Below are positions 21,301 to 30,132 of a DNA stretch of 64,000 nucleotides, piece after piece (position 1 is the stretch's first letter; each line of letters begins with the position of its first letter). The DNA is from a bacterium. Its GTDB lineage: Bacteria; Patescibacteriota; Minisyncoccia; Phycocordibacterales; JAGLPS01. A program made the position numbers and the translations under genes. The notes below the pieces were generated by a model. The model did no database searches and was not told where the DNA came from. It saw only the letters and a program-made list of their open reading frames with translations. The DNA lies in NCBI GenBank assembly GCA_030690305.1, contig JAUYHB010000027.1, positions 15,670-79,669 of the forward strand, given 5' to 3'.

Positions 21301-22714
21301 CGCATCTTCAACTCCGTGGGCTAAACTCTCCGTCGGTACTCACAACCTCGCCATCGCCACTCCTTCTTTCGTTATTGCTTCTTCTTCAACGGGAGTGGCA
21401 ACGACGACACAATTTATTGTCAAGAATGGTCAGGTAGGCATTGGAGCAACGGCTCCAAATACCGAGAAACTCTATGCCTTTGACAACACAGACTCAACAT
21501 TTGGTGTCATCAGTGCACGCACTGAATCCACTAACTCAGACAATATTGCCATCAATGCTACGGTCGCAGGAGCCGGGACTAATAACATCGCTCTGTATGG
21601 ATGGGCCTCTGATGCAGTAACCAATAACTGGGGTTTGTATATCGAAAGTGGTAACGCACACATTGAAGGCCTTCTTGAAATTGCAACGTTTGCCGCATCT
21701 GATGATAATTCCCGTTGGGTGTGTATCGATGCTTCAGGCGCGTCTACTTTGCAGGCGGGTGTTAACGCTTCCAGTGGCGATTGCGACACTTCCTCTGCCC
21801 GATTTAAACACAATATAGAAACACTTGAAGTCTCGGCTTTGTCCTTGGTTTCCGGGTGGCGACCTGTTTCATTTATATACAATGAGGATCTGGAAGAAAC
21901 AATTATGTGGGGTTTTATCGCGGAGGAAATGGCTTCCAGCAGTCCACAATTGGCATTTTACGATAGTTTAGGTCGTCCCAGAGGACTTCAAAAAAATGCC
22001 ATACTTTCCGTATTGGCCAAAGCGATTCAGGAGCTTAATCTCAACCTGGATAATATTGCCTCTACGACTGCCACATCTACACCGGAATCACAATCATTTG
22101 CAACGAGCTTCTTTAATAATCTCTTCAAGCGATTCACAACATGGTTTGCGGACGCGGCGAATGGCATTGGGGATGTGTTTGCCCGTTCATTCCGCGCAAA
22201 AGAAGAAATTTGTGTGGATGACCAGTGTCTCACGAAAGAGGACGTTCGTTCCCTGCTTACGCTTGCTAACGGCAGCACTGCTTTTGTTGGCGGAGGTAAC
22301 ATTGGCGACGAGGGTGGAAATGTCTCCGGTGACATTTCAGGAAATGGTGGAAACCAAGAGCAAGAAGCCTCCGATACCACTCCTCCTATCATTCTCATCC
22401 AAGGCAATAATCCTGCGGAAATAGCGATAAACACAAGTTACGCCGACCTCGGGGCGTTGATTACTGACGACCAGGACGAAAATCCAACGACGTATACCTA
22501 CCTTAATGGAGCAACCACTACAAGCATTTCAATCGACACATCGGTTGCCGGCACACACACGGTTACATATACCGCGACCGATGACGCTGGAAATACCACG
22601 ACCGTAGAGAGAATTGTAAACATTATGGAAGTGCAGAAAACTGACGATACATCTCCGAACAATAACGCCACGACGACGCAGGAAACCGCAACGTCAACAG
22701 AAAACGTAATATAA
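18380..22714 (+). CDS. large Thr/Ser-rich surface fibre protein with peptidase S74 (intramolecular chaperone) and C-terminal Ig-like (DUF5011-like) domain
   Basis: N-terminal TM; GNVGIGT repeats; SSARFKHNI..WGFIAEE S74 motif; DTTPPII.I.G.NP...VTYTATDDAGN. Confidence 0.8.
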   Translation: MNEKSTIQFVISGVFVFAMLLPGIAFLVEHKDAYAAENPLSQFVENIGQSGKSTLSFVSEVARSGAQQGVKQLQESRRRIFVLFEKSRVHLRNTFGELYVGAFMRAQPDSKGNFFLRANVFEAIGEMFNNLSIGLYKGVNEIFSSFFSSEESYIQNKAPIVQEPVSPAPVAEEKADESAAQKSDSFQETAEQSPTVVYVQAPPKTQPPQTVTTIIKEVPAPDSVSKSELESRLSALAATLLSKISSAQNTAVQYFYPSVPQPVQLLNKIDNLSGVTITSSSIIGGTWSDVDITSGSGGFGTLSSDTFSSGAVTVSGSLTLSTTTSGCLEATSSGVVWITGTACGTGSGGGSSFGQAFEITTNIFSQASLKATSTAVHNLVIDGTGTSTFSGGLEVWRQIAAPYFQATSTTIASQFPYASTTALTISGTAYISSLTGPLQALSGTVSATTTLSAAYGGTGLSTLPSYGQILLGNASSGYTLNATSSLGFIGADYRDWNLTTNIFNQSVLAPTTTQNILVSGTGTSTFAGSIEAWRQIAAPYFHATSSTATSTFAGGLTVDGSTFVVDYSSGNVGIGTATTTALFTVYGTNPIAHIRSSSLNDNANSPAIELTESTGTEDYGFQIKYLAQSNRFEINTDSSGSNGFGQNAVSIMRETHNFGLGSTSPYAKFSVAGKDTTTTLIGADAVSGFSGNLLELKLASTTVFMVEGDGDVQFLDAKGIYFNSAANDANWGIGRNIVEDTGGFLTSNNLQLKIYGNSTPQTQGLQVVNHNNVVLMEISGSDGKTVFNGSGNIGIGTTSPYAVLSIHATSTSNYENTLFAIASSTASFATTTHFVVTAGGNVGISTTSPYAKLSVIGQTVAAYFTATTTSDNTFPNLLSTNSTTTNATTTTASFTTASTTNLIVSSAGGSAGCAQFSITGLISNSGSACGTGGGLSSYDAWTHPIVGQSATTSSIVAAGFFTNSNSNFNASVGIASSTPWAKLSVGTHNLAIATPSFVIASSSTGVATTTQFIVKNGQVGIGATAPNTEKLYAFDNTDSTFGVISARTESTNSDNIAINATVAGAGTNNIALYGWASDAVTNNWGLYIESGNAHIEGLLEIATFAASDDNSRWVCIDASGASTLQAGVNASSGDCDTSSARFKHNIETLEVSALSLVSGWRPVSFIYNEDLEETIMWGFIAEEMASSSPQLAFYDSLGRPRGLQKNAILSVLAKAIQELNLNLDNIASTTATSTPESQSFATSFFNNLFKRFTTWFADAANGIGDVFARSFRAKEEICVDDQCLTKEDVRSLLTLANGSTAFVGGGNIGDEGGNVSGDISGNGGNQEQEASDTTPPIILIQGNNPAEIAINTSYADLGALITDDQDENPTTYTYLNGATTTSISIDTSVAGTHTVTYTATDDAGNTTTVERIVNIMEVQKTDDTSPNNNATTTQETATSTENVI

Positions 22715-22754
22715 CCAAAGAATCTTTTTAAAAATTGTTGTACTATTTATAATC

Positions 22755-23951
22755 ATGAGTTTCCTTAAGAAAGAATCAAAATCAGAACCCTCCATCATTT
22801 TTGATATCGGTTCCGCCTCCATAAACGCTTCAATAGTTATCTTTTCGGAAACACACCTTCCCCATGTCGTGTATTCTTTAAGGCTTGGTTTGCCGATTAC
22901 CGAACACCCCGATTCCGACAGAATGCTCACTTCTATAGTGAGCCTGATAAAGGATGCTCTCGCGCAACTTGAAAAAGAGGGAATTCCTCTTTTGCACTCC
23001 TATCATCTTTCGGGAAAAGCAATTCGCCATATCCATTGCGTTCTTGCCTCACCTTGGTACGTTTCGCAGACAAAAACTCTTGAAGTGGAACGCAAGTCGC
23101 CGATTGTGATTTCCGAAGATTTTATTTCCGAAATTACCGGAAAGGAAGAAAAGGCGTTCGAAGACTCTATCGCGCATTCCGCATATGCCGACACATTCGA
23201 CAAAAATGTTGTTCTGGCCGAACAAAAAGTAATCCATATCAAACTCAATGGGTATGAAACGAAAAATCCTTATGGCAAAAAATCTTCTCACATTTCTTTT
23301 TCATTTTTCTCAAGTCTTGTGTCAAAAAAGGTAACGGAAAAAATAACCGAAGTTATTTCAAGCTCTTTTGATAAGGACAAAATCAAATTCCACAGTTTTT
23401 GCCTCGCATCGTTCGGCGCCTTTACCGAACTCTTTTCCGAAGTAAAAGATTTTTTGATGATGGATATTACGGGGGAAGTAACCGATGTTTCGCTCGTGCG
23501 AGGGGGAATCATACTTGAAACCGCATCGTTTCCCTCTGGCAGAAATTTTCTCGCGCGACGCATTATGAAGAAAATGAATACGAATGCCGAAGTCGCTCTT
23601 TCGTATCTTTCTTTGTACGCGAACAAAACCGCCGAACCCGCTTTGGCCGTAAAAGTAGAGCAAGTCATAAAAGAAGTCGAAGAGGAGTGGGTGATTTATC
23701 TCAATGAAGTGGCGAAGGACCTTGCCGGTCAAGGCAACGTACTTCCGAGGAAGGTATTTCTCACCGTTGATGACGACGTCGCTCCGGTTTTTCTTTCATA
23801 TCTTAAAAGAAGCGCGTATCCTCTGGACACGTTACCTCTCAACGAAAAACAAACCTCTCATATTGTCGCGATGGAAAAAGGAATGAAAGCCGATCCGTTT
23901 ATCGCGCTTGAAGCCGTATATTTAAACAAAATATTTCATAACAAAAATTAA
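22755..23951 (+). CDS. actin-like FtsA/PilM-family protein
   Basis: IFDIGSASI and MDITGEVTDVS phosphate-motif-like segments. Confidence 0.65.
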   Translation: MSFLKKESKSEPSIIFDIGSASINASIVIFSETHLPHVVYSLRLGLPITEHPDSDRMLTSIVSLIKDALAQLEKEGIPLLHSYHLSGKAIRHIHCVLASPWYVSQTKTLEVERKSPIVISEDFISEITGKEEKAFEDSIAHSAYADTFDKNVVLAEQKVIHIKLNGYETKNPYGKKSSHISFSFFSSLVSKKVTEKITEVISSSFDKDKIKFHSFCLASFGAFTELFSEVKDFLMMDITGEVTDVSLVRGGIILETASFPSGRNFLARRIMKKMNTNAEVALSYLSLYANKTAEPALAVKVEQVIKEVEEEWVIYLNEVAKDLAGQGNVLPRKVFLTVDDDVAPVFLSYLKRSAYPLDTLPLNEKQTSHIVAMEKGMKADPFIALEAVYLNKIFHNKN

Positions 23952-23966
23952 AGGTATAATAGACGT

Positions 23967-25262
23967 ATGGCAAGAAATATCGTTCAAGATGTATTACCTC
24001 CCGATAGGCGCTCCATAAGGGATATTCCGCTACCGAACCGCCGAAAAGAAGAAAGAAAGGCAGAGCCTCCCAAGCAATCCTCCTCACCTTCATCACCGGA
24101 AAAAAACGAAAAGAAAACCCATGTCGCTATTTGGGTTATCGCGGCGCTGTCGGTTATCGTGCTCCTTTTTGCGGTGGCTTCCTTATTTGTCGGTGCAACC
24201 GTTAAAGTTACCCCCCAAACTCAGGAGGTTTTATTCAATAACGCCATCATTCTCTCCGCTTCCCGAGATGCTCTCAATACAAATGCGGCCGCATTTGAAA
24301 TCATGACCCTGAACAAAGAAAAGGGGAAAGAGGTGCCGGCAACCAAAGAAGTGGACGCCCGAGTGAAGGCGTCGGGAACCATTGTAATTTACAACAATCA
24401 CAGCGCGGAAAGTCAGAGGCTGGTTAAAAATACCCGTTTTGAGACTCCCGAAGGTCTTGTATACCGCGTTGCCGAATCGGTGGTTGTGCCCGGAAAAACA
24501 ACCAAAGACGGGAAAACAACGCCCGGTAGTGCGGAATCCGTCGTGTATGCCGATGAACCCGGAGAAAAATACAATATAGGCCTCGCGGATTTTACGATAC
24601 CCGGTTTCAAAGGCTCTCCTCAATACAGCAATTTTTATGCGCGTTCGAAAACACCGATGACGGGAGGGTTTGTCGGTAAAATTAAAGAAGTGGAACAGGG
24701 AACGCTCGCGGAAACAAAACAGGAAATTCAAGGAGCACTCATGTCCGAACTTCTCACCGAAGCGAAAGACCAAATCCCTGAAAATTTCATTCTTTACGAC
24801 GGTGGAGTTTTTTATTCTTTTGAAGATTTACCACAGGGGGCGGGGAGCGCGACTTCCGCCGAAATCCGCCAGAAAGGCACACTATATGGAGTTATGTTTA
24901 AACGGGGCGATTTCATAAATTACCTCGCGCAAAGCATGGTGCCCGAATTCGGTTCCGAAGCGGATTTTCTGGGACTTGATGACCTTGTTCTTTCCATCAA
25001 AGAAAAGAACAATACCAATCCCGAAAGAATGACCGAATTTAAATTTACTTTTGAGGGAAATGGCGTTTTCGTGGCTTTATTTGAAGCTGAAAAGCTGAAA
25101 GTCGACCTTTCCGGAAGAGAACGAAGCGTGGCAAAGGAAATTTTTGGCACCTACTCCTCCATAGCCGAAGCCACGGTAACGGTGATGCCTTTCTGGAGAA
25201 GTATGCTTCCCGAAGACCCCAATAAAATAAAGGTTGAAATCGTTTTACCCGGACGTCGATGA
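23967..25262 (+). CDS. membrane-anchored protein with baseplate J-like region
   Basis: single TM; KASGTIVIYN, TRF, ADEPGEKYN, MTGG motifs. Confidence 0.6.
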   Translation: MARNIVQDVLPPDRRSIRDIPLPNRRKEERKAEPPKQSSSPSSPEKNEKKTHVAIWVIAALSVIVLLFAVASLFVGATVKVTPQTQEVLFNNAIILSASRDALNTNAAAFEIMTLNKEKGKEVPATKEVDARVKASGTIVIYNNHSAESQRLVKNTRFETPEGLVYRVAESVVVPGKTTKDGKTTPGSAESVVYADEPGEKYNIGLADFTIPGFKGSPQYSNFYARSKTPMTGGFVGKIKEVEQGTLAETKQEIQGALMSELLTEAKDQIPENFILYDGGVFYSFEDLPQGAGSATSAEIRQKGTLYGVMFKRGDFINYLAQSMVPEFGSEADFLGLDDLVLSIKEKNNTNPERMTEFKFTFEGNGVFVALFEAEKLKVDLSGRERSVAKEIFGTYSSIAEATVTVMPFWRSMLPEDPNKIKVEIVLPGRR

Positions 25263-25267
25263 GAGGG

Positions 25268-25297
25268 TTGACGAACCCTTGCACTTTTTGTTAGTAT
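25268..25297 (+). promoter_or_regulatory. promoter of the infA-rpsM operon
   Basis: TTGACG-18-TAGTAT with TG extension. Confidence 0.55.
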
Positions 25298-25422
25298 GTT
25301 CTCCATTACTTCGCTGAGCGAGGAGCGCCGCGAAAACTTCTTAGTTTTCATGGTGTCCGAGTGATGGCGAAGCAAGGGTAAATGTATCACGGCAAGCCCC
25401 GAGGCACCTTTACTTTAACGTA

Positions 25423-25653
25423 ATGCAGCTTTCAAAAGGAAAAAACTCGGAACTTGAAATTGTCATTGGGACTGTTATTGAAGCGTTGCCAAATACCCAG
25501 TTTCGAGTGGAGGTTCCGGGGAAGGAAAATCTGATACTCGCATATCTTGCGGGGAAGATGCGTATGCATAAAATACGTGTTCTTATCGGAGACAGAGTTG
25601 AAATGGTGCTTGATTTATACGGCGAAAAAGGACGTATTACGAAAAGGTTATAA
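25423..25653 (+). CDS. infA: translation initiation factor IF-1
   Basis: [26 protein letters not shown]. Confidence 0.97.
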   Translation: MQLSKGKNSELEIVIGTVIEALPNTQFRVEVPGKENLILAYLAGKMRMHKIRVLIGDRVEMVLDLYGEKGRITKRL

Positions 25654-25655
25654 AT

Positions 25656-25772
25656 ATGCAGGTAAAATCTTCAATAAAAGCAAGAGGGGCGGGAGACAAA
25701 GTCGTCCGAAGACGAGGGCGTCTATACCGTATTAACAAACTTAAGCCGCGCAATAAGGCCCGTCAGGGTTAA
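25656..25772 (+). CDS. rpmJ: 50S ribosomal protein L36, zinc-free type (below the ORF-track cutoff)
   Basis: hand translation [38 protein letters not shown]; position between infA and rpsM. Confidence 0.93.
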   Translation: MQVKSSIKARGAGDKVVRRRGRLYRINKLKPRNKARQG

Positions 25773-25807
25773 GCGTGCCTTTATAATTTTTTAATGTAAC
25801 TTTAGAC

Positions 25808-26188
25808 ATGCGTATTTTGGGTATTACCATACCGGATAACAAGAGAATAGAAATCGCCTTGACGGCTCTCTACGGAGTCGGCCGTTCGCGTGCGCACGCC
25901 GTTTTGGATGAAGCGAAAGTCGAATATGGAAAGAAAGCAAAAGAATTGAATGTTGAAGAGGAAAATGCGATACGAAAAGTACTTGAAAAATTTCAGCTTG
26001 AAGGTGATCTGAAACGCACCGTTTCCGGAAATATAAAACGACTCAAGGACATCTCGTCATACCGCGGCGCGCGTCACACAAAAGGTCTTCCCGTTCACGG
26101 ACAGAACTCGCGGACCAACTCCCGAACAAGACGGGGTAACGTAAGAAAGACGATGGGTACCGGAAGACGTAAACTTGAGAAGACATAG
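25808..26188 (+). CDS. rpsM: 30S ribosomal protein S13
   Basis: IALTALYGVG, YRGARHTKGLPVHGQ. Confidence 0.97.
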   Translation: MRILGITIPDNKRIEIALTALYGVGRSRAHAVLDEAKVEYGKKAKELNVEEENAIRKVLEKFQLEGDLKRTVSGNIKRLKDISSYRGARHTKGLPVHGQNSRTNSRTRRGNVRKTMGTGRRKLEKT

Positions 26189-26196
26189 AAATAAAT

Positions 26197-26631
26197 ATGG
26201 GAAAGAAACGAATTGTTAAAAAAACAGAAACGATAAGCGAGGACGCGGCAAAGAAAGGCGCGGTTCCTTCGATTCCGAAAAAAACTGTAAGTGCCGCGAT
26301 TTTGAACGTTGAAGCAAGCTATAACAACACAAAAGTCGTATTAACCGACACGAGCGGGAAGGTTCTCTGCTGGTCTTCAAGCGGAAGCTTGGGTTTTTCC
26401 GGGGCCAAAAAAGGAACGCCGTTTGCTGCCGCAAAAGTAGGGGAGCTTCTTGCCGATAAAGCCCAAATCATGGGAGTCAACGATGTTTCGGTTGTCATTA
26501 AGGGGGTTGGATCGGGAAGAGAGTCGGCGGTTCGTGGTTTCATCTCGAAGGGTTTTAATTTATTGTCGATAAAAGATATCACGCCGGTGCCTTTTAACGG
26601 GCCTCGTGCTCCCAAACCGCGTCGCGTATAA
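26197..26631 (+). CDS. rpsK: 30S ribosomal protein S11
   Basis: ASYNNT, KKGTPFAA, DITPVPFNG. Confidence 0.97.
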   Translation: MGKKRIVKKTETISEDAAKKGAVPSIPKKTVSAAILNVEASYNNTKVVLTDTSGKVLCWSSSGSLGFSGAKKGTPFAAAKVGELLADKAQIMGVNDVSVVIKGVGSGRESAVRGFISKGFNLLSIKDITPVPFNGPRAPKPRRV

Positions 26632-26645
26632 GGAATAAAAATTTT

Positions 26646-27254
26646 ATGAAAATCGGACCAAAATACAAAATTGCACGAAGACTCAAAGCGCCTGTGTTTG
26701 AAAAAACCCAGACGCAGAAGTATGTGTTGTCTGAAGCGAAAAAAACAAAAGTTGAAAAACGGCGAGGGGCAATGAGTGATTACGGACGCCAGCTTATTGA
26801 AAAACAAAAAGCCCGCTACACGTACCTTCTCTCCGAAAGACAATTTTCAAAATATGTTGCGGAAGCCATGAACCGAAAAGGAATGAAAAACGCCGACGCG
26901 CTGTATGAAAACCTGGAACGACGTCTTGATAACGCCATCTTCCGTCTCGGATACGCGCCGAGCCGCCCAATGGCCCGCCAGCTTGTCTCCCACGGCCACA
27001 TTCAAGTAAACGGGGTCAGAGTAACACGCCCTTCCTATCAGATGAAAATCAACGACAAGATAAAGATAAGAGAATTGAGTCTTGCGAAGCCCTTATTTGC
27101 AAAACTCGACGAACGTCTGCAGGGAATCAACGCTCCGATATGGTTCAAATCCGATACGGCAAAGAAGGAAGCAGACATTGTCAGTTTGCCAAAAAGGGAC
27201 GGAGCGGACATGTTGTTTGACCTCAATTCGGTGCTCGAGTTCTACAGTAGGTAG
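26646..27254 (+). CDS. rpsD: 30S ribosomal protein S4
   Basis: SDYGRQLIEKQK, LERRLDN, ARQLVSHGH. Confidence 0.97.
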   Translation: MKIGPKYKIARRLKAPVFEKTQTQKYVLSEAKKTKVEKRRGAMSDYGRQLIEKQKARYTYLLSERQFSKYVAEAMNRKGMKNADALYENLERRLDNAIFRLGYAPSRPMARQLVSHGHIQVNGVRVTRPSYQMKINDKIKIRELSLAKPLFAKLDERLQGINAPIWFKSDTAKKEADIVSLPKRDGADMLFDLNSVLEFYSR

Positions 27255-27322
27255 GTTTCTTGCCGAGTTTGATATTTTAAGGTATAATTTACAAGTTAAT
27301 TTTTTAAGCGCAAAGCTTCCAT

Positions 27323-28291
27323 ATGCCGGACTACACCATCGTTTTGCCCTCAAAACCGAAAATAATTTCGGAAGAGGAATTCAAAGGCGTCTACGAAATA
27401 GACGGCTTATACCCCGGGTACGGCCACACCCTGGGTAATTCGTTGCGAAGAATTATTCTCTCTTCGCTTCCCGGCGCCGCTATCACTTCCGTAAAAATCG
27501 CGGGAGTAAGCCATGAGTTTTCCGTTCTTGACGGCGTTAAGGAAGACATGATTACCCTTCTTCTCAATTTAAAGAGGGTAAGAATCAAAATGCTTACCGA
27601 CGAGCCCCAAACTCTCCGATTCAATGTTAAGGGGGTAAAAGAAGTCACGGCGGGAGACATCGAGAAGATGGGACAAGTGGAAATTCTCAACCCGGAACTT
27701 TCTATCGCCAATCTTACGAGCGCGAACGCAGTGCTTGATGTGGAAATGACCGTTGAACGTGGCTTGGGCTTCATCTCAAAAGAAACTCTTCAGAAAGGAA
27801 AAGTGGATATCGGTACCATTGCGCTTGATGCCATCTTTACTCCCATCCGCCGCGTCAACTATGAAGTTGAAAACATGCGTGTCGGAGACAGAACCGATTT
27901 TAATCGTCTAAGAATTTTTGTTGAAACCGACGGAACAATCAGCCCCAAAGACGCCCTTGAACGTTCAATTGAAATAATGATTAACCAGCTCAAGGCCATT
28001 GTCGGATTCAAAGAGGAAGACTTGGAAGAATTAAAAGCGGAAAAAGAAGTGGAGACCGAAGAAAAAAAGAAAGCCAAGGACGTTGACCCCGAAGTGCTCA
28101 AAACAAGAATAGAAACACTCGCCCTTTCCGCACGTACCATGAACGCTTTGCTAAACGGCAATGTAAGAACCGTGGGAGGTTTGGTGCGAAAGAAAGAAGA
28201 CGATGTATTAAACATTGAAGGCATCGGAGCCAAAGGTATCGAGGAAATCAAAGAAGCTCTTACCGCCCTTAACCTTTCCCTAAAAGACTAA
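27323..28291 (+). CDS. rpoA: RNA polymerase subunit alpha
   Basis: GYGHTLGNSLRRIILSSLPG, DAIFTPI, alpha-CTD. Confidence 0.97.
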   Translation: MPDYTIVLPSKPKIISEEEFKGVYEIDGLYPGYGHTLGNSLRRIILSSLPGAAITSVKIAGVSHEFSVLDGVKEDMITLLLNLKRVRIKMLTDEPQTLRFNVKGVKEVTAGDIEKMGQVEILNPELSIANLTSANAVLDVEMTVERGLGFISKETLQKGKVDIGTIALDAIFTPIRRVNYEVENMRVGDRTDFNRLRIFVETDGTISPKDALERSIEIMINQLKAIVGFKEEDLEELKAEKEVETEEKKKAKDVDPEVLKTRIETLALSARTMNALLNGNVRTVGGLVRKKEDDVLNIEGIGAKGIEEIKEALTALNLSLKD

Positions 28292-28336
28292 CGATAGACA
28301 CGAAAGAGAAAACGGGTATTATATCCTTTTACACAT

Positions 28337-28684
28337 ATGCGACACCATAACGCCAACAAAAAATTAAGCAGAAAAGCCGGACCACGCAGAGCCCTCATAC
28401 GCTCTCTTGCCCGTTCCTTGGTGCTTAAAGAAAAAATGAAAACGACCGTTACAAAAGCAAAGGTGGTGAAACCGTTTGTAGAGCGTCTTGTTACATATGG
28501 AAAGAAAGGTACTCTTGCCGCCCGCCGTCTTGTCATCAAAGAAATCGGAAACGAGGGAACAAAGAAGATATTTTCCGTTATTGCTCCAAAATACGAAAAG
28601 AGAACGGGAGGTTATCTTCGCATTGTTAAATTGGGCAGACGCCTTTCGGACAGCGCGCCTATGGCACATATCGAATTTGTATAA
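28337..28684 (+). CDS. rplQ: 50S ribosomal protein L17
   Basis: MRH...KLSR, TTVTKAK, RTGGYLRI. Confidence 0.96.
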   Translation: MRHHNANKKLSRKAGPRRALIRSLARSLVLKEKMKTTVTKAKVVKPFVERLVTYGKKGTLAARRLVIKEIGNEGTKKIFSVIAPKYEKRTGGYLRIVKLGRRLSDSAPMAHIEFV

Positions 28685-28689
28685 ATAAC

Positions 28690-29034
28690 ATGAAGCACAC
28701 GATTGACGCAACAAATCAAAAGATGGGGCGCTTGGCGAGTAAAATCGCTGCGATGCTTTTGGGAAAAACAACACCCGCATTCAAACGAAACGAAGTAGCG
28801 GAAATTTCCGTTGAAGTCCTCAATGCTTCAAAAATGAGCATTGCCCCAAAAAAGAAAGAGGATACGATATATAACCGATACTCAGGCTACCCGGGCGGGC
28901 TCCGTCACGAGTCAATGAAGCAAATCATAGAAAAGAAAGGGTACGGGGCGGTACTTCAGGAAGCGGTGTACGGAATGTTGCCCGGAAACAAATTAAGAGG
29001 GGAACGCATGAAGCGCCTCACCATCAGCGAATAA
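28690..29034 (+). CDS. rplM: 50S ribosomal protein L13
   Basis: IDA...MGRLAS, YSGYPGGL, AVYGMLP. Confidence 0.95.
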   Translation: MKHTIDATNQKMGRLASKIAAMLLGKTTPAFKRNEVAEISVEVLNASKMSIAPKKKEDTIYNRYSGYPGGLRHESMKQIIEKKGYGAVLQEAVYGMLPGNKLRGERMKRLTISE

Positions 29035-29039
29035 ATATT

Positions 29040-29450
29040 ATGGAAACAACGAAAGGAACAAAAGAATACATAGAAACGGTAGGAAGACGAAAAACCTCTA
29101 TTGCCCGCGTGCGGCTATATCCTGCCGGCAAAACAACTTTTGTCGTCAATGAGAAAGATCTTTCGACTTATTTTCCGACGCAAGAATTGCAATTAATAGT
29201 CAAAGATCCTTTTACACAGGTAAAATCGGAAGGAAAATTCAAAATAAGCGTACTTGTTAAGGGTGGAGGCATTCACTCCCAAGCCGAAGCGGTTCGCCAC
29301 GGAATCAGCCGCGCACTCATAGAGGGCGATATACAACTTCGCGGAACATTAAAGAAAGCCGGCCTTTTGACACGCGACCCTCGAATGAAAGAACGACGCA
29401 AATTCGGTCTCCGGAAAGCCCGAAAATCCAAACAATGGTCCAAGCGTTAG
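29040..29450 (+). CDS. rpsI: 30S ribosomal protein S9
   Basis: GRRKTSIARV, LTRDPRMKERRKFGL, QWSKR. Confidence 0.97.
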   Translation: METTKGTKEYIETVGRRKTSIARVRLYPAGKTTFVVNEKDLSTYFPTQELQLIVKDPFTQVKSEGKFKISVLVKGGGIHSQAEAVRHGISRALIEGDIQLRGTLKKAGLLTRDPRMKERRKFGLRKARKSKQWSKR

Positions 29451-29518
29451 TCTTTGGTTTTCTTCCCGGATTTTTTCAATTCAATATTGTCGGTTTAGCT
29501 TGCTAAGCACTTTTTTCT

Positions 29519-30094
29519 ATGGATAAAGAAAATAAAAAAAAGGAAATGGAAGAAGAAACGGAATCCATACAGGAATCCGAAGACGTGGTCTTTGAAGAAG
29601 ATCCCCGCGACCTCATAAAAAAACTCAAAGAGAAACTGAAAACGGCCCAGGAAGAAAGACAGGCCTACCTTGAAGGATGGCAACGTGATAAAGCGGATTT
29701 TATAAATGCCCGAAAAGATGATGAGAAACGCAATGTTGAATTGCTTAAGTTCGCCAAGGAAGGCCTGATTGAAGAAATCATTCCCGTGCTTGACAGTTTT
29801 GAACTTGCGGTAAAAAATCCTTCCTGGGGTTCCGTTTCTCCGGAATGGCAGGCTGGAGTGGAACATATCTACTCTCAGCTTAAGAATGTGCTCTCAACTA
29901 ACGGCATTGCCGAAGTTGACCCTCTCGGAGAGAAATTCAATCCTCGGGAACACCATGCCATGGGAATAATTGCTGTTTCCGATGAAGAAGAGGACGGAAA
30001 AATTCTTGAAGTTGTTCAAAAAGGGTATACACTTAACGGAAAGATTGTACGCACGGCGAACGTAAAAATAGGGGAATTTAAAAAAGGTCAATAA
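29519..30094 (+). CDS. grpE: nucleotide exchange factor GrpE
   Basis: ADFINARK, FNPREHHA, QKGYTL. Confidence 0.95.
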   Translation: MDKENKKKEMEEETESIQESEDVVFEEDPRDLIKKLKEKLKTAQEERQAYLEGWQRDKADFINARKDDEKRNVELLKFAKEGLIEEIIPVLDSFELAVKNPSWGSVSPEWQAGVEHIYSQLKNVLSTNGIAEVDPLGEKFNPREHHAMGIIAVSDEEEDGKILEVVQKGYTLNGKIVRTANVKIGEFKKGQ

Positions 30095-30132
30095 AATAAA
30101 TTTAAATATAAGTTAATTTTTTATCAAAACAT

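Noticed and set aside
18380..25262. Prophage (tail-fibre-like and baseplate-like domains)
   Set aside because: No terminase, capsid, portal or integrase; proteins are membrane-anchored among housekeeping genes.
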